NCBI GenBank assembly: GCA_020429915.1
Contig: JAGQKV010000002.1
Span: forward strand, 329,552-393,551
Length of the DNA stretch: 64,000 bases
Direction: 5' to 3'
Source: Candidatus Omnitrophota bacterium
GTDB lineage: Bacteria > Omnitrophota > Gorgyraeia > Zapsychrales > Zapsychraceae
The notes beneath the pieces were generated by a model that was not told the origin of the DNA, made no database searches, and was given only the letters and a program-made list of their open reading frames with translations. Positions 36,195-44,569 of the stretch are shown here, piece after piece; position 1 is the first letter of the stretch, and each line of letters begins with the position of its first letter. Both the position numbers and the translations under genes were made by a program.

Positions 36195-38702
36195 TTACTC
36201 AGCGATCTGTCCGCTCAGAGCCTTTTTTTTTACATCATCCAGTTTCCAAATGTCCTCGGCATAAGACCGGATGGTCCGGTCACTGGAAAAGAAGCCGGCC
36301 TTGGCAACATTCAGAACGGACTTATTGTTCCAGCGCAGGGTATCTTTGTAGAGATTGGACACCTGTGCCTGCGTGTGACAATAGTCGTCGAAATCGGCGC
36401 AAATGAGATAGGGATCGTGATAAGATAACATTTCGACGATCGGCCGGAAGATATCCGGCTCGTTCAGGGAAAAATAATTGCCGCGAATGAGTTTGATAAT
36501 TTCCGCCAAATACGGTGATTTGGCGATATAAACCTGCGGACGGTATCCTTCCGATTTCAGTTGTTCGACATCATTGGCCCGCAGCCCGAAAATAAAGATA
36601 TTATCTTCGCCAACCTGCTCGGCAATCTCGATATTCGCCCCGTCATAGGTCCCGATCGTGAGGGCCCCGTTCAGAGTGAATTTCATGTTGCCCGTACCTG
36701 AGGCCTCGGTCGAGGCCATGGAAATTTGCTCGGACAATTCACTGCCCGGAAAGACCCGTTCGGCCAGCGAGACACGATAATTTTCGAGAAAGACGAGACG
36801 GATCTTGTCGTTGACGCCTTTATCGTGATTCACGACCTTGGCGACATTGTTGATAAATTTGATGATCAACTTCGCCATCTGATAACCGGGAGCCGCCTTG
36901 CCGCCCACCATAAAGGTCCGCGGCTGGATGAATTCCGAGGGCGTGTTTTTGATCAACAGATATTGCTGAATAATATACAGCGCGAACAGCAATTGCCGTT
37001 TGTACTCGTGGATGCGTTTCACCTGCACATCAAACATGGAAGCGGTATCGATTTTAATTCCCTGGTGTTTATCGAGATATTTGGCCAACACCTTTTTGTT
37101 CTCCAGTTTGACCTTGCGCCACCGCTCGATGAAAGCTTCATCTTTGGCCAGCTTCGCCAGCCCCTGTAACTGATCGAGCTCCCGGACCCAACCGTCGCCG
37201 ACGGCCTCGGTAATCAAAGCCGCCTGGGACGTATTGGCTTTCAACAGCCAACGCCGCTGGGTGATCCCGTTTGTTTTGTTGTTGAAGCGCTCCGGGTACA
37301 TTTCGTAAAAATCCTTCAAGACACGGGATTTCAGCAGGTCCGTATGCAGCGCGGATACCCCGTTAACCGAGAAGCTGCCGATAATGGACAAATGCGCCAT
37401 GCGGACCATCTTCGATTCCCCCTCCCGAATGATCGACATCCGGGACATCCGCTCGGCGTCCATCGGAAAGCGCCGGGAAACTTCTTCCAGAAAACGCATG
37501 TTTATTTCGTAAATGATCTGCATGTGGCGCGGCAGCAAACTTTCCATCAAATTAACCGACCAGCATTCCAGGGCTTCGGGCATCAGCGTGTGATTGGTGT
37601 AGGCAAAGGTCTTGGACGTCACCCCCCATGCCGTCTCCCACGTCAAATCATGCTCATCAACGAGGACACGCATCATTTCGGGGATGGCCAACGACGGATG
37701 GGTGTCGTTCAACTGGATGACGGTTCTGTCGGCCAGATTGCGGATATCCATATTTTCGCTGCGGTACCGCCGGATAATATCCGCAATGGATGCGGACACG
37801 AAGAAATACTGTTGTTTCAAACGCAGCTCCATGCCGCGTTGAAACTGGTCGTTCGGATAAAGCACCTTGGAAATATTCTCCGAGGCAATTTTCTGATCGA
37901 CCGCCTGTTCATAGTCCCCGCTGTTGAAATACTCGAAATCAAAATCTTCCGTACTGCGGGCGGACCATAGCCGAAGCGTATTGACGACATCGTTTTTGTA
38001 TCCGATCACCGGAATGTCGTACGGCACGGCCAAAACATCCTGCGTCTCCCGCCAACGGCAGTACAGTTTGTTGTGATCGTCCGTAAACAAATGCACCTTG
38101 CCGTAAAAACGGACCGGGACCGCGTATTCCATACGCGCGAATTCCCAGGGATTACCGAATTTCAGCCACTCGTCGGGGCGCTCAATCTGATGACCGTTCT
38201 GAATTTTCTGATTAAAAATCCCGTAGTCGTAGCGGATCCCGTAGCCGTGCGAAGGGATCCCCAGAGTCGCCATCGAATCGAGAAAGCATGCCGCCAACCG
38301 GCCCAGGCCGCCGTTGCCCAAACCAGCATCCTGTTCTTCATCGCGAAGTTCATCTAGGTCGCGATCTTCAATGACATCGGCCATGGCATCGGCGACCTCC
38401 TTGTCCAGACCCAGATTGTAGATATTTGCTCCTAGCAGTCGCCCGATAAGGAACTCGAGGGACAAGTAGTACACGCGCTTCACGTTGTCTTTATGATAGC
38501 GTTGCTGAGTGGCGATCCAGCGCTCTACGATACGGTCGCGAATCGAGATAGCCAGGGCCCAAAACTCATCTTTGCGGGTGGCCGAGTACTGGTCCTTGGA
38601 CAAATAATACAGCAGGTTTTTGCGATAGGATTTGACCAGATCTTCCTTGGTCATGCCCTTGTAGCTCAGTTGCCACTTGATGTTCGAATTCTTTTTTGCC
38701 AT
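36195..38702 (-). CDS. glgP: Glycogen/maltodextrin phosphorylase
   Basis: 835 aa; PLP-site motif EASGTGNMKFTLNGALTIGTYDGANIE; typical alpha-glucan phosphorylase N-terminus. Confidence 0.95.
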   Translation of the reverse strand: MAKKNSNIKWQLSYKGMTKEDLVKSYRKNLLYYLSKDQYSATRKDEFWALAISIRDRIVERWIATQQRYHKDNVKRVYYLSLEFLIGRLLGANIYNLGLDKEVADAMADVIEDRDLDELRDEEQDAGLGNGGLGRLAACFLDSMATLGIPSHGYGIRYDYGIFNQKIQNGHQIERPDEWLKFGNPWEFARMEYAVPVRFYGKVHLFTDDHNKLYCRWRETQDVLAVPYDIPVIGYKNDVVNTLRLWSARSTEDFDFEYFNSGDYEQAVDQKIASENISKVLYPNDQFQRGMELRLKQQYFFVSASIADIIRRYRSENMDIRNLADRTVIQLNDTHPSLAIPEMMRVLVDEHDLTWETAWGVTSKTFAYTNHTLMPEALECWSVNLMESLLPRHMQIIYEINMRFLEEVSRRFPMDAERMSRMSIIREGESKMVRMAHLSIIGSFSVNGVSALHTDLLKSRVLKDFYEMYPERFNNKTNGITQRRWLLKANTSQAALITEAVGDGWVRELDQLQGLAKLAKDEAFIERWRKVKLENKKVLAKYLDKHQGIKIDTASMFDVQVKRIHEYKRQLLFALYIIQQYLLIKNTPSEFIQPRTFMVGGKAAPGYQMAKLIIKFINNVAKVVNHDKGVNDKIRLVFLENYRVSLAERVFPGSELSEQISMASTEASGTGNMKFTLNGALTIGTYDGANIEIAEQVGEDNIFIFGLRANDVEQLKSEGYRPQVYIAKSPYLAEIIKLIRGNYFSLNEPDIFRPIVEMLSYHDPYLICADFDDYCHTQAQVSNLYKDTLRWNNKSVLNVAKAGFFSSDRTIRSYAEDIWKLDDVKKKALSGQIAE

Positions 38703-38730
38703 GACTTATCCTCACGTAAGGCGGACACAA

Positions 38731-38750
38731 CCCGGGAAACAGTTCCCGGG
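38731..38750. promoter_or_regulatory. Perfect 20-bp palindrome CCCGGGAAacagTTCCCGGG between the transglutaminase-like gene and glgP
   Basis: 8-bp stem / 4-nt loop; on the minus strand it is followed by UUGUGU, so a weak intrinsic terminator for the upstream gene or an operator/5'-UTR element for glgP. Confidence 0.3.
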
Positions 38751-38816
38751 TCGATTGTGGGTGCATGACCATGATAACCAAGATAATCCTGACGGTCAAT
38801 ACGAGGCTGGATAAAT

Positions 38817-41426
38817 TTAGCGACCGTCGGTGACGGGCTCCGGGGGCTTGGGAGGGGCGGGAATCAGGGGGATTCCGGCGCCCAGGGCGCGGGCCATCTT
38901 TTCGTAGTCGGCCAAGAAGGCGGCGTACTCATCCTTACCGATATCCGTTTTCTTTTCGGCAAAGCGCGCCTCCAGAACCAGGCTTCCCTGATCGTCCTTG
39001 CGAAAACGCGCCGCGTAGGATAAATACTCCGTCTCGACCAGCACATCCTCCGGCAGGTCGCCGACGGCGATGGATTCCGGAAGCTTGACACGGCTGGTGA
39101 CCCGGACATCCCGCAATCCTGACAAATGAACCCCGTGCACACGGCCTTTCCGGACGTAGTCAGGAAAAAATGCATCCGGCCCGATCAACACCACGATCCA
39201 CGGGGCCTCCCCCGTAATCCACGGCGTTGTCACTTGCAAGCCGAGCTGTATCCGGGCATTGCGGGTCCGCTTTTCCTGATTGAACAGATTCGCTTTGTCG
39301 AAATTACCGCCCGGAATGTAGTCGCTCAGCTGCCGGCGCAGAAAAGCGGCAATTCCGTTTTGGTCCCAGCTGTTAAACTCATTCTTCATTTCCGCGTCCA
39401 TACGGCCGAAGTACTCGATCCGCAATTTGCCGCTCACATTAAATTCCTTATTCATGGTCAGCGAGATATTGACCTGCGTATGGCCTTCAGAGGGATCTTG
39501 GGCCGGGACTGTCACGGACCGGACTTCGCCTCCGCCGACAACGACCCCCTCCGCTCCGTACGTCCTTGTCGGCAATGTCCAGCCCCGATAGTACCGGGCC
39601 AGCGGATCCAGAACGTACTCGTCTCCTCCGATTCGGGTTATCGCCACCACGTGATTGAATTCGCCCAATCCGCACACGCCCGGCGCCAGCCGCCCGTGCT
39701 CGGCCGTTCTCAGCAGCACGGTCTGCGATTCAAAACCGGCTGCCCGGAGTAAGGTGCGCAACAGCACGACGCGATTTTTCGCGTCCCCGTTCTTCTTCTC
39801 CAGCGTGGTCTCGGCCGGGACAGGTTCCGGATCGGCCCATGCAAAATCAAAACCGACCGGATCTGTGTCGTAACGGACAAAATCGTAGATATCCCTCAGG
39901 AATTCGCGCAATTGATCTCCCGTATCCCGCAAAGCCGTTGTCAGATCCCGGTACATCTCCGTTGCCACTTCCTGTCGATCAGCCGCCCGGAGCCAAACAC
40001 CGACCGGCTGTAAACTCGCTTCAAAAACCGGCAGCCGGGTTATCCATGCGGTGATCGCTGTCGACTCAACCCGGGGGGCGCCTTTGTCCGGCCGTGACCA
40101 GCCGAATTCATCATCGATTATGATGCCGGCGATCACCGGACGTTCTGCCACCCCGGAGACGATGGGCAGTAAAGCATCGGCGCTCGTCCGTTGCCGGTTG
40201 CGGATGTCCCGGACAACTTCTTCAATCGCATCGGTTAATTGAAGCTTTTTGCGCGTATGCGCCTGCCACCAATCGGCAACCTGCACCCATTCCCTTGCCG
40301 AACTGATAATCACCGATTCGCCCAGGCGCCGGTAGTCCGGCATAGCCGGTTCACCGGCAACGGGCGGAATATTACGCCGCTCCCAAGTGAGCTGGTTTTG
40401 AGCGGCGGCCGGAATACGCGTGACCGTCGGTTCGGCAGCCGTATTGAGCATGTTGTATTGTAAATCCATACTGTCGGGAACGGTGACGGTGTAGCGTGCC
40501 TCAAGGACCGGCATTCCCTCGGAGATAAAAAACTCGTCGTACACCAAATCCTCCGCCGGCAAAAAAGGTTCCTCGAAAATCATCTCGTACTCCACGATGT
40601 CACCCGGCTCCGCCTGCAACATGCGCACAAACATCACCCGCGCCGACCGGTAGTGCGGCGGGACCCGTTGCAACACGCCGGCGAACTGCTGCGCGTCGGA
40701 ATTTATGCTGCCGTCCGGCTTGACCGTATGCGCGAACTTGATCCGTGGAAACTGCCGTTCCTTGTACGGTTCATAGAATTCATTAAAGGCCTTGCCGGCC
40801 TCGGTCAGGATCTTGATCTTCTTGTAAACGGTTTTGGTAATGCCGTGCTCCCCATGGACTTTGTAACGCACATCGTTCAACAGGACCACGGCATCGGCGT
40901 CCTTAATATCGTAGGCGGCATTGTCCCAGCGGCTCGCCGGATCGGGCATCAGGATATTCATCGCGGGACCGACATAGAAACGTTCGCGTAACATAATGTC
41001 ACCGGTGGCATCCTGGATCTGCAGCACCCACTGCCCCAGCAATTCCGCCCCCTTCTTCTTGGGAAACTTCATTTCCGAACGGTATTCGGATGTCCCGCCC
41101 CATCGGCACCGTTCATGTTGGCGCTCCGTCCCGTCGGGACCGAACCAGATGGCATAGAGTTCATACGGTTTGGTTTGTAAGTCGGTCTTTCCGATCCAGT
41201 AGACATGCCGTACGGTCTCAGGAAACAAATGCGAAATCTTGCCGATTTCTATTTTGGGACTGAAGACGGAAGTTTTGTAGTGGTCCGTGAGCTGCGAAGA
41301 GGAAAAATTGGGCTTTTTTTCACTGAAATAGTAAAAATTGTTGGCCTCAGCCGGACGACCGGCGACTACGGCCAGCATCAATCCCGTGACGGTCGCAAAC
41401 ACGAGGTTTCGGATCACCTGTTTCAT
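38817..41426 (-). CDS. Large secreted DUF3857 / transglutaminase-like domain protein
   Basis: 869 aa; signal peptide MKQVIRNLVFATVTGLMLAVVAGRPAEA; the C-terminal half is transglutaminase-like (LLRTLLRAAGFESQ ... FNHVVAITRIGGDEYVLDPL) preceded by a long N-terminal domain typical of DUF3857 proteins. The catalytic Cys position is not clearly conserved. Confidence 0.7.
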   Translation of the reverse strand: MKQVIRNLVFATVTGLMLAVVAGRPAEANNFYYFSEKKPNFSSSQLTDHYKTSVFSPKIEIGKISHLFPETVRHVYWIGKTDLQTKPYELYAIWFGPDGTERQHERCRWGGTSEYRSEMKFPKKKGAELLGQWVLQIQDATGDIMLRERFYVGPAMNILMPDPASRWDNAAYDIKDADAVVLLNDVRYKVHGEHGITKTVYKKIKILTEAGKAFNEFYEPYKERQFPRIKFAHTVKPDGSINSDAQQFAGVLQRVPPHYRSARVMFVRMLQAEPGDIVEYEMIFEEPFLPAEDLVYDEFFISEGMPVLEARYTVTVPDSMDLQYNMLNTAAEPTVTRIPAAAQNQLTWERRNIPPVAGEPAMPDYRRLGESVIISSAREWVQVADWWQAHTRKKLQLTDAIEEVVRDIRNRQRTSADALLPIVSGVAERPVIAGIIIDDEFGWSRPDKGAPRVESTAITAWITRLPVFEASLQPVGVWLRAADRQEVATEMYRDLTTALRDTGDQLREFLRDIYDFVRYDTDPVGFDFAWADPEPVPAETTLEKKNGDAKNRVVLLRTLLRAAGFESQTVLLRTAEHGRLAPGVCGLGEFNHVVAITRIGGDEYVLDPLARYYRGWTLPTRTYGAEGVVVGGGEVRSVTVPAQDPSEGHTQVNISLTMNKEFNVSGKLRIEYFGRMDAEMKNEFNSWDQNGIAAFLRRQLSDYIPGGNFDKANLFNQEKRTRNARIQLGLQVTTPWITGEAPWIVVLIGPDAFFPDYVRKGRVHGVHLSGLRDVRVTSRVKLPESIAVGDLPEDVLVETEYLSYAARFRKDDQGSLVLEARFAEKKTDIGKDEYAAFLADYEKMARALGAGIPLIPAPPKPPEPVTDGR

Positions 41427-41436
41427 AAATTCACCC

Positions 41437-41469
41437 TAAATAAAAGGGTATCCTATAGAAGGGATACCC
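41437..41469 (-). terminator. Rho-independent terminator-like hairpin (GGGUAUCC-loop-GGAUACCC followed by UUUUAUUU) downstream of the membrane-protein gene, abutting the SD of the transglutaminase-like gene
   Basis: 8-bp perfect stem, 8-nt loop, U-tract on the minus strand; 60 nt after the stop at 41530 and about 10 nt before the AGGGTG SD / ATG 41426. Confidence 0.55.
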
Positions 41470-41499
41470 GCAAAGCTGTCGCACGAATTGAACTCAGAA

Positions 41500-41527
41500 A
41501 TTATAAACCAAAATATCAAAAACTCAA
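41500..41527 (-). promoter_or_regulatory. Candidate promoter TTGAGT-N16-TATAAT upstream of the terminator-like hairpin and the transglutaminase-like gene
   Basis: The spacer is the conserved 17-mer TTTTGATATTTTGGTTT (see findings). Confidence 0.3.
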
Positions 41528-41529
41528 GA

Positions 41530-42489
41530 TCATTGCCCTATCCGACGGCTCATCAACCGGACGGGTATGCCGGCCGGACGCGGCCGCCGCACCAACAACC
41601 ACAGAAAAAGCAGCCCGCACAACAAAAACGTCATGGCGGCATAATAACGAAACCGCTGAAACTGCTCCCAGGACTTGTACTGCGATTGGTACCTCTGATA
41701 AGCCGCGAATTGCGCGCCGTCTGCCACATAGAACGGCACGTCTTCAATCAACCGGAACTCCTCGGTGCGGTATTCACCGTTTTGAAGCAGGTAGGGATAT
41801 ACGCCTGTCATTTCCACATGAACCGCGGACTCACGGCCGCCGATGGATTCATCATAGGGGACGTTAAACTCTATCCAGGGGACCATCGTTTCGTTCTTGA
41901 ATTTGGGAATAGCCGAATCCTGGCGTGTCGGCCGAAAATAGAGCTTGCCGTCCCGGGGATTGACATCCTCCCAGGTCTCTTCCGCCGGGAGCGAACTCGT
42001 ATCCGGCAAGGGGAGCAGCCGCCGCGGTTCATCCAACACCAGTGTGGCCTTTATAACATTGGCCTTCCAGAGGCCGGAAATCGACGTCAGGGGCAACCGC
42101 CTCTCCGGCTGAATATATACTCGGACCGCATCGCCGGGCCGGACAACTTCCGGGGCCTTGTAGCCGTTTTCTCCCTCCTGCTGGACCGGAAAAGATAAAC
42201 GGGTGATATCCGGAGGTCCCCACAGCAGGCCGGTCAGCGTGAGTAAAATCGCGCACCCCAGGCAGAAAATACAAGTAAATCCGTATTTACGATGCAGTTG
42301 GGCGCGAACAGCTCCCAGCGTGACGGGATGCCAGGATCCGCTCAAATACCAAGCCACACCGCATACGGCGATCAGGTAACTGATCATTTCCAGCAATGGG
42401 AGATGAACAATTTCGCGAACGTGAAGAAACCTGATAAGACTTATCAGCACCACGGTCGCAGCAAGAATGATGTATTTGGCGATCGACAT
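41530..42489 (-). CDS. Hypothetical integral membrane protein (three N-terminal TM helices, ~200-aa extracytoplasmic domain, C-terminal TM helix)
   Basis: 319 aa; hydrophobic segments ILAATVVLISLI, ISYLIAVCGVAWYL, CIFCLGCAILLTLTGLLW, AAMTFLLCGLLFLWLLV; no recognised family. Confidence 0.5.
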   Translation of the reverse strand: MSIAKYIILAATVVLISLIRFLHVREIVHLPLLEMISYLIAVCGVAWYLSGSWHPVTLGAVRAQLHRKYGFTCIFCLGCAILLTLTGLLWGPPDITRLSFPVQQEGENGYKAPEVVRPGDAVRVYIQPERRLPLTSISGLWKANVIKATLVLDEPRRLLPLPDTSSLPAEETWEDVNPRDGKLYFRPTRQDSAIPKFKNETMVPWIEFNVPYDESIGGRESAVHVEMTGVYPYLLQNGEYRTEEFRLIEDVPFYVADGAQFAAYQRYQSQYKSWEQFQRFRYYAAMTFLLCGLLFLWLLVRRPRPAGIPVRLMSRRIGQ

Positions 42490-42572
42490 GGACGTTACAA
42501 AAGGACGGGTTAAACTTTTAAGTAATTATGCCCGGAATCAGACGGAATAGCAAACAGAAAACCCGCGATAAC

Positions 42573-42601
42573 AAAAAAGGCGGCCCAGTCACTGGGCCGC
42601 C
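42573..42601 (-). terminator. Rho-independent terminator after the Spy/CpxP-like gene
   Basis: Minus-strand RNA GGCGGCCCA-gugac-UGGGCCGCC (9-bp GC stem) followed by UUUUUU; 36 nt downstream of the stop at 42637. Confidence 0.75.
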
Positions 42602-42636
42602 TCTCGCTTACTATACCTTTAAGAAAGTACGAAAAA

Positions 42637-43260
42637 CTACATGGATCCTTTCATGGATCCTTTGTCTTGAACCAAGGGTTTGCCCGTAATGGGGCAAATT
42701 CCGTCAGGCGTCTTCTTGCTGCACTTGGCGCATTTTCCACCCATTTTCTCACACATGTCGCAACCGCCTTTTTGCTTTCCGCAGCAGGACTTGGACATCT
42801 TCTTCCACATCCGCATCTCCAGCCAGGTCGCCCGCTGATCGTCGGTCAGGACACTTTGCATATCGGCCAGGGCCTGGACATACCTCTTGGCAATATTACT
42901 TTTGGAGCCGTATTTGGTATCGATCAATTTACTGACCTTGCCGGGGTCAATCTGCGCATCCCACATCGCCGCATTGATATCGACTTTGGTGATATCCACA
43001 TCGGCTTGCAGGCGGATCATATCCTTGATGGCTGCATGTTTGATCTTCTTCAGGTCCTTCATTTGCTCATCCGTGAGGCCCAGCGCATCCTTGTGTTTCC
43101 AGAGCATCATGGCCGTGTCCTTGAGTTTCGCGATCTTGCACTTTTCGGCCTTGTCGCATTTCTTGCACTGGGAGCCGGCCTCCGCCACGGTGCCGGACAG
43201 CAAGGCGAAACTCAAAGCTGTGATAGCGGCTAGCGCGAGTAGTGACGTACGTTTCTTCAT
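42637..43260 (-). CDS. Periplasmic LTXXQ-motif (Spy/CpxP/ZraP family) protein with Cys-rich N- and C-terminal tails
   Basis: 207 aa; signal peptide MKKRTSLLALAAITALSFALLSGTVAEA; two LTxxQ motifs (LTDEQMKDL, LTDDQRATWLEMRMW); Cys clusters CKKCDKAEKCK and SCCGKQKGGCDMCEKMGGKCAKCSKK suggest metal binding; perfect AGGAGG SD. Confidence 0.7.
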   Translation of the reverse strand: MKKRTSLLALAAITALSFALLSGTVAEAGSQCKKCDKAEKCKIAKLKDTAMMLWKHKDALGLTDEQMKDLKKIKHAAIKDMIRLQADVDITKVDINAAMWDAQIDPGKVSKLIDTKYGSKSNIAKRYVQALADMQSVLTDDQRATWLEMRMWKKMSKSCCGKQKGGCDMCEKMGGKCAKCSKKTPDGICPITGKPLVQDKGSMKGSM

Positions 43261-43364
43261 GAACTTCCTCCTGTCGTTTGATGATTGCCATTGTGAGGAC
43301 GCAGAAAACGGTATAAATAAGCCAAAATGACTGCGTGTAAATCCCCTTATACAGCGCCCAACGA

Positions 43365-43393
43365 ATTATACGAAGACTTTATTCATATTTCAA
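43365..43393 (-). promoter_or_regulatory. Candidate sigma70 promoter TTGAAA-N17-TATAAT for the Spy/CpxP-like gene
   Basis: Minus strand reads TTGAAAtatgaataaagtcttcgTATAAT; the -35 overlaps the last codons of the upstream SGNH gene. Confidence 0.45.
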
Positions 43394-44551
43394 GGGCGGG
43401 AGTTTAAGTTTGGCGATCCAGGCGCTCAGGACGGGTGCAATCCGTTCCGTAAACGCATTAACGCCAAGAGGGTGGGTCGGATGGACGTGGTCATAGAACA
43501 GCTCCTTGCGGCCGGAGAGGCCCCGCAGATCGATGATATCGGCGGCCACGATCTCCTCATCAATTTCCCGATAAATCTCGTTATAGGCCCGGACATGCGC
43601 GTCATGGTCAAAACCGTGATGGTGGTACCCGCATTCCTTGCGCAGCGCATCAGGCAAATCCGGTACAATTAATGTCGGCTGCTTGATAACGAAGAGCTTC
43701 GCCCCCATGACAGCGGCGGCCGACTTGATTAATTTGAGATTGTCACGGAAGATGGCAGGTCCGCGCGGATCAAAGTTCTCGGCCAACGGTCCCGAGGGGT
43801 CGTTCTCGGTCATCTCTCCCTGATCGCTGCTGCGTGTCAGCATCAGCCGGACGTAGGTCAGGGCCTGTGAATGCCGGATCAGCGGATCGATCGGCAGCGG
43901 TTCAAACAGGCGGCGCAGGCGCGGCCGGTTAAACCGCCACTCGCCGTCCTCCGTCTCACGCCACTGGAGGATCTCATCCGGTTTGCCGTTTTGAAAATAC
44001 GACATTTCATTCCAGCCATGATTGAGTACCAGGATATCGGGTTCGAAGAATCTGATCCGGCTCCACAACCGGCCGTAGGATTCAAATGATGTGTAACCGC
44101 CGACCGCCGCATTGATAAATTCGATCCGGATGCCCGGAAAGTTTTTCTTCAGGGTCTCGGCGACACGCCATGGCCAGGTCTCGGTGTCACTCAGGTTAAT
44201 CCCGGTCCCGGCCGTCGAGGATCCGCCGAGAAAAACAATCCGTACCGTCCCCGCCGGTTTCTTCACAGCCAGGTCGGGCGTGGAAATAAATCCGTGGCGG
44301 TTTATCGTTTTTGTCAGTTCCTCCTCAACATAGGAGAAACCCGGCCGTCCTTTGAACGCGGCAAAGGCATCCGTCGCAGCCCATTCATTGCCCACCAGGG
44401 TGGGTTTGCGCCCGGTCATTTCATAAAGATCTCGGTAAGGAATCGTGGTCCGCACCAATAGTTCCGCCCATACGAGGGAGACCAAGGCGACCATCAGAAA
44501 TCCCCACACGTAAAATTGTAGCAAGCGTGATTTTTTCATATTTTTTCCCAA
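43379..44551 (-). CDS. SGNH/GDSL-family hydrolase with N-terminal membrane anchor
   Basis: 390 aa; N-terminal TM (LLQFYVWGFLMVALVSLVWA); VRIVFLGGSSTAG (GDS-like block I), DHVHPT (block V DxxH). Confidence 0.65.
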   Translation of the reverse strand: MGKNMKKSRLLQFYVWGFLMVALVSLVWAELLVRTTIPYRDLYEMTGRKPTLVGNEWAATDAFAAFKGRPGFSYVEEELTKTINRHGFISTPDLAVKKPAGTVRIVFLGGSSTAGTGINLSDTETWPWRVAETLKKNFPGIRIEFINAAVGGYTSFESYGRLWSRIRFFEPDILVLNHGWNEMSYFQNGKPDEILQWRETEDGEWRFNRPRLRRLFEPLPIDPLIRHSQALTYVRLMLTRSSDQGEMTENDPSGPLAENFDPRGPAIFRDNLKLIKSAAAVMGAKLFVIKQPTLIVPDLPDALRKECGYHHHGFDHDAHVRAYNEIYREIDEEIVAADIIDLRGLSGRKELFYDHVHPTHPLGVNAFTERIAPVLSAWIAKLKLPPLKYE

Positions 44552-44569
44552 ACTGACGCGTTGGCCGGA

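Noticed and set aside
42637-43260. Cys-rich protein as a metallothionein
   Set aside because: The central region carries two LTXXQ motifs and a signal peptide, which fits Spy/CpxP/ZraP-family periplasmic proteins better than cytoplasmic metallothioneins.
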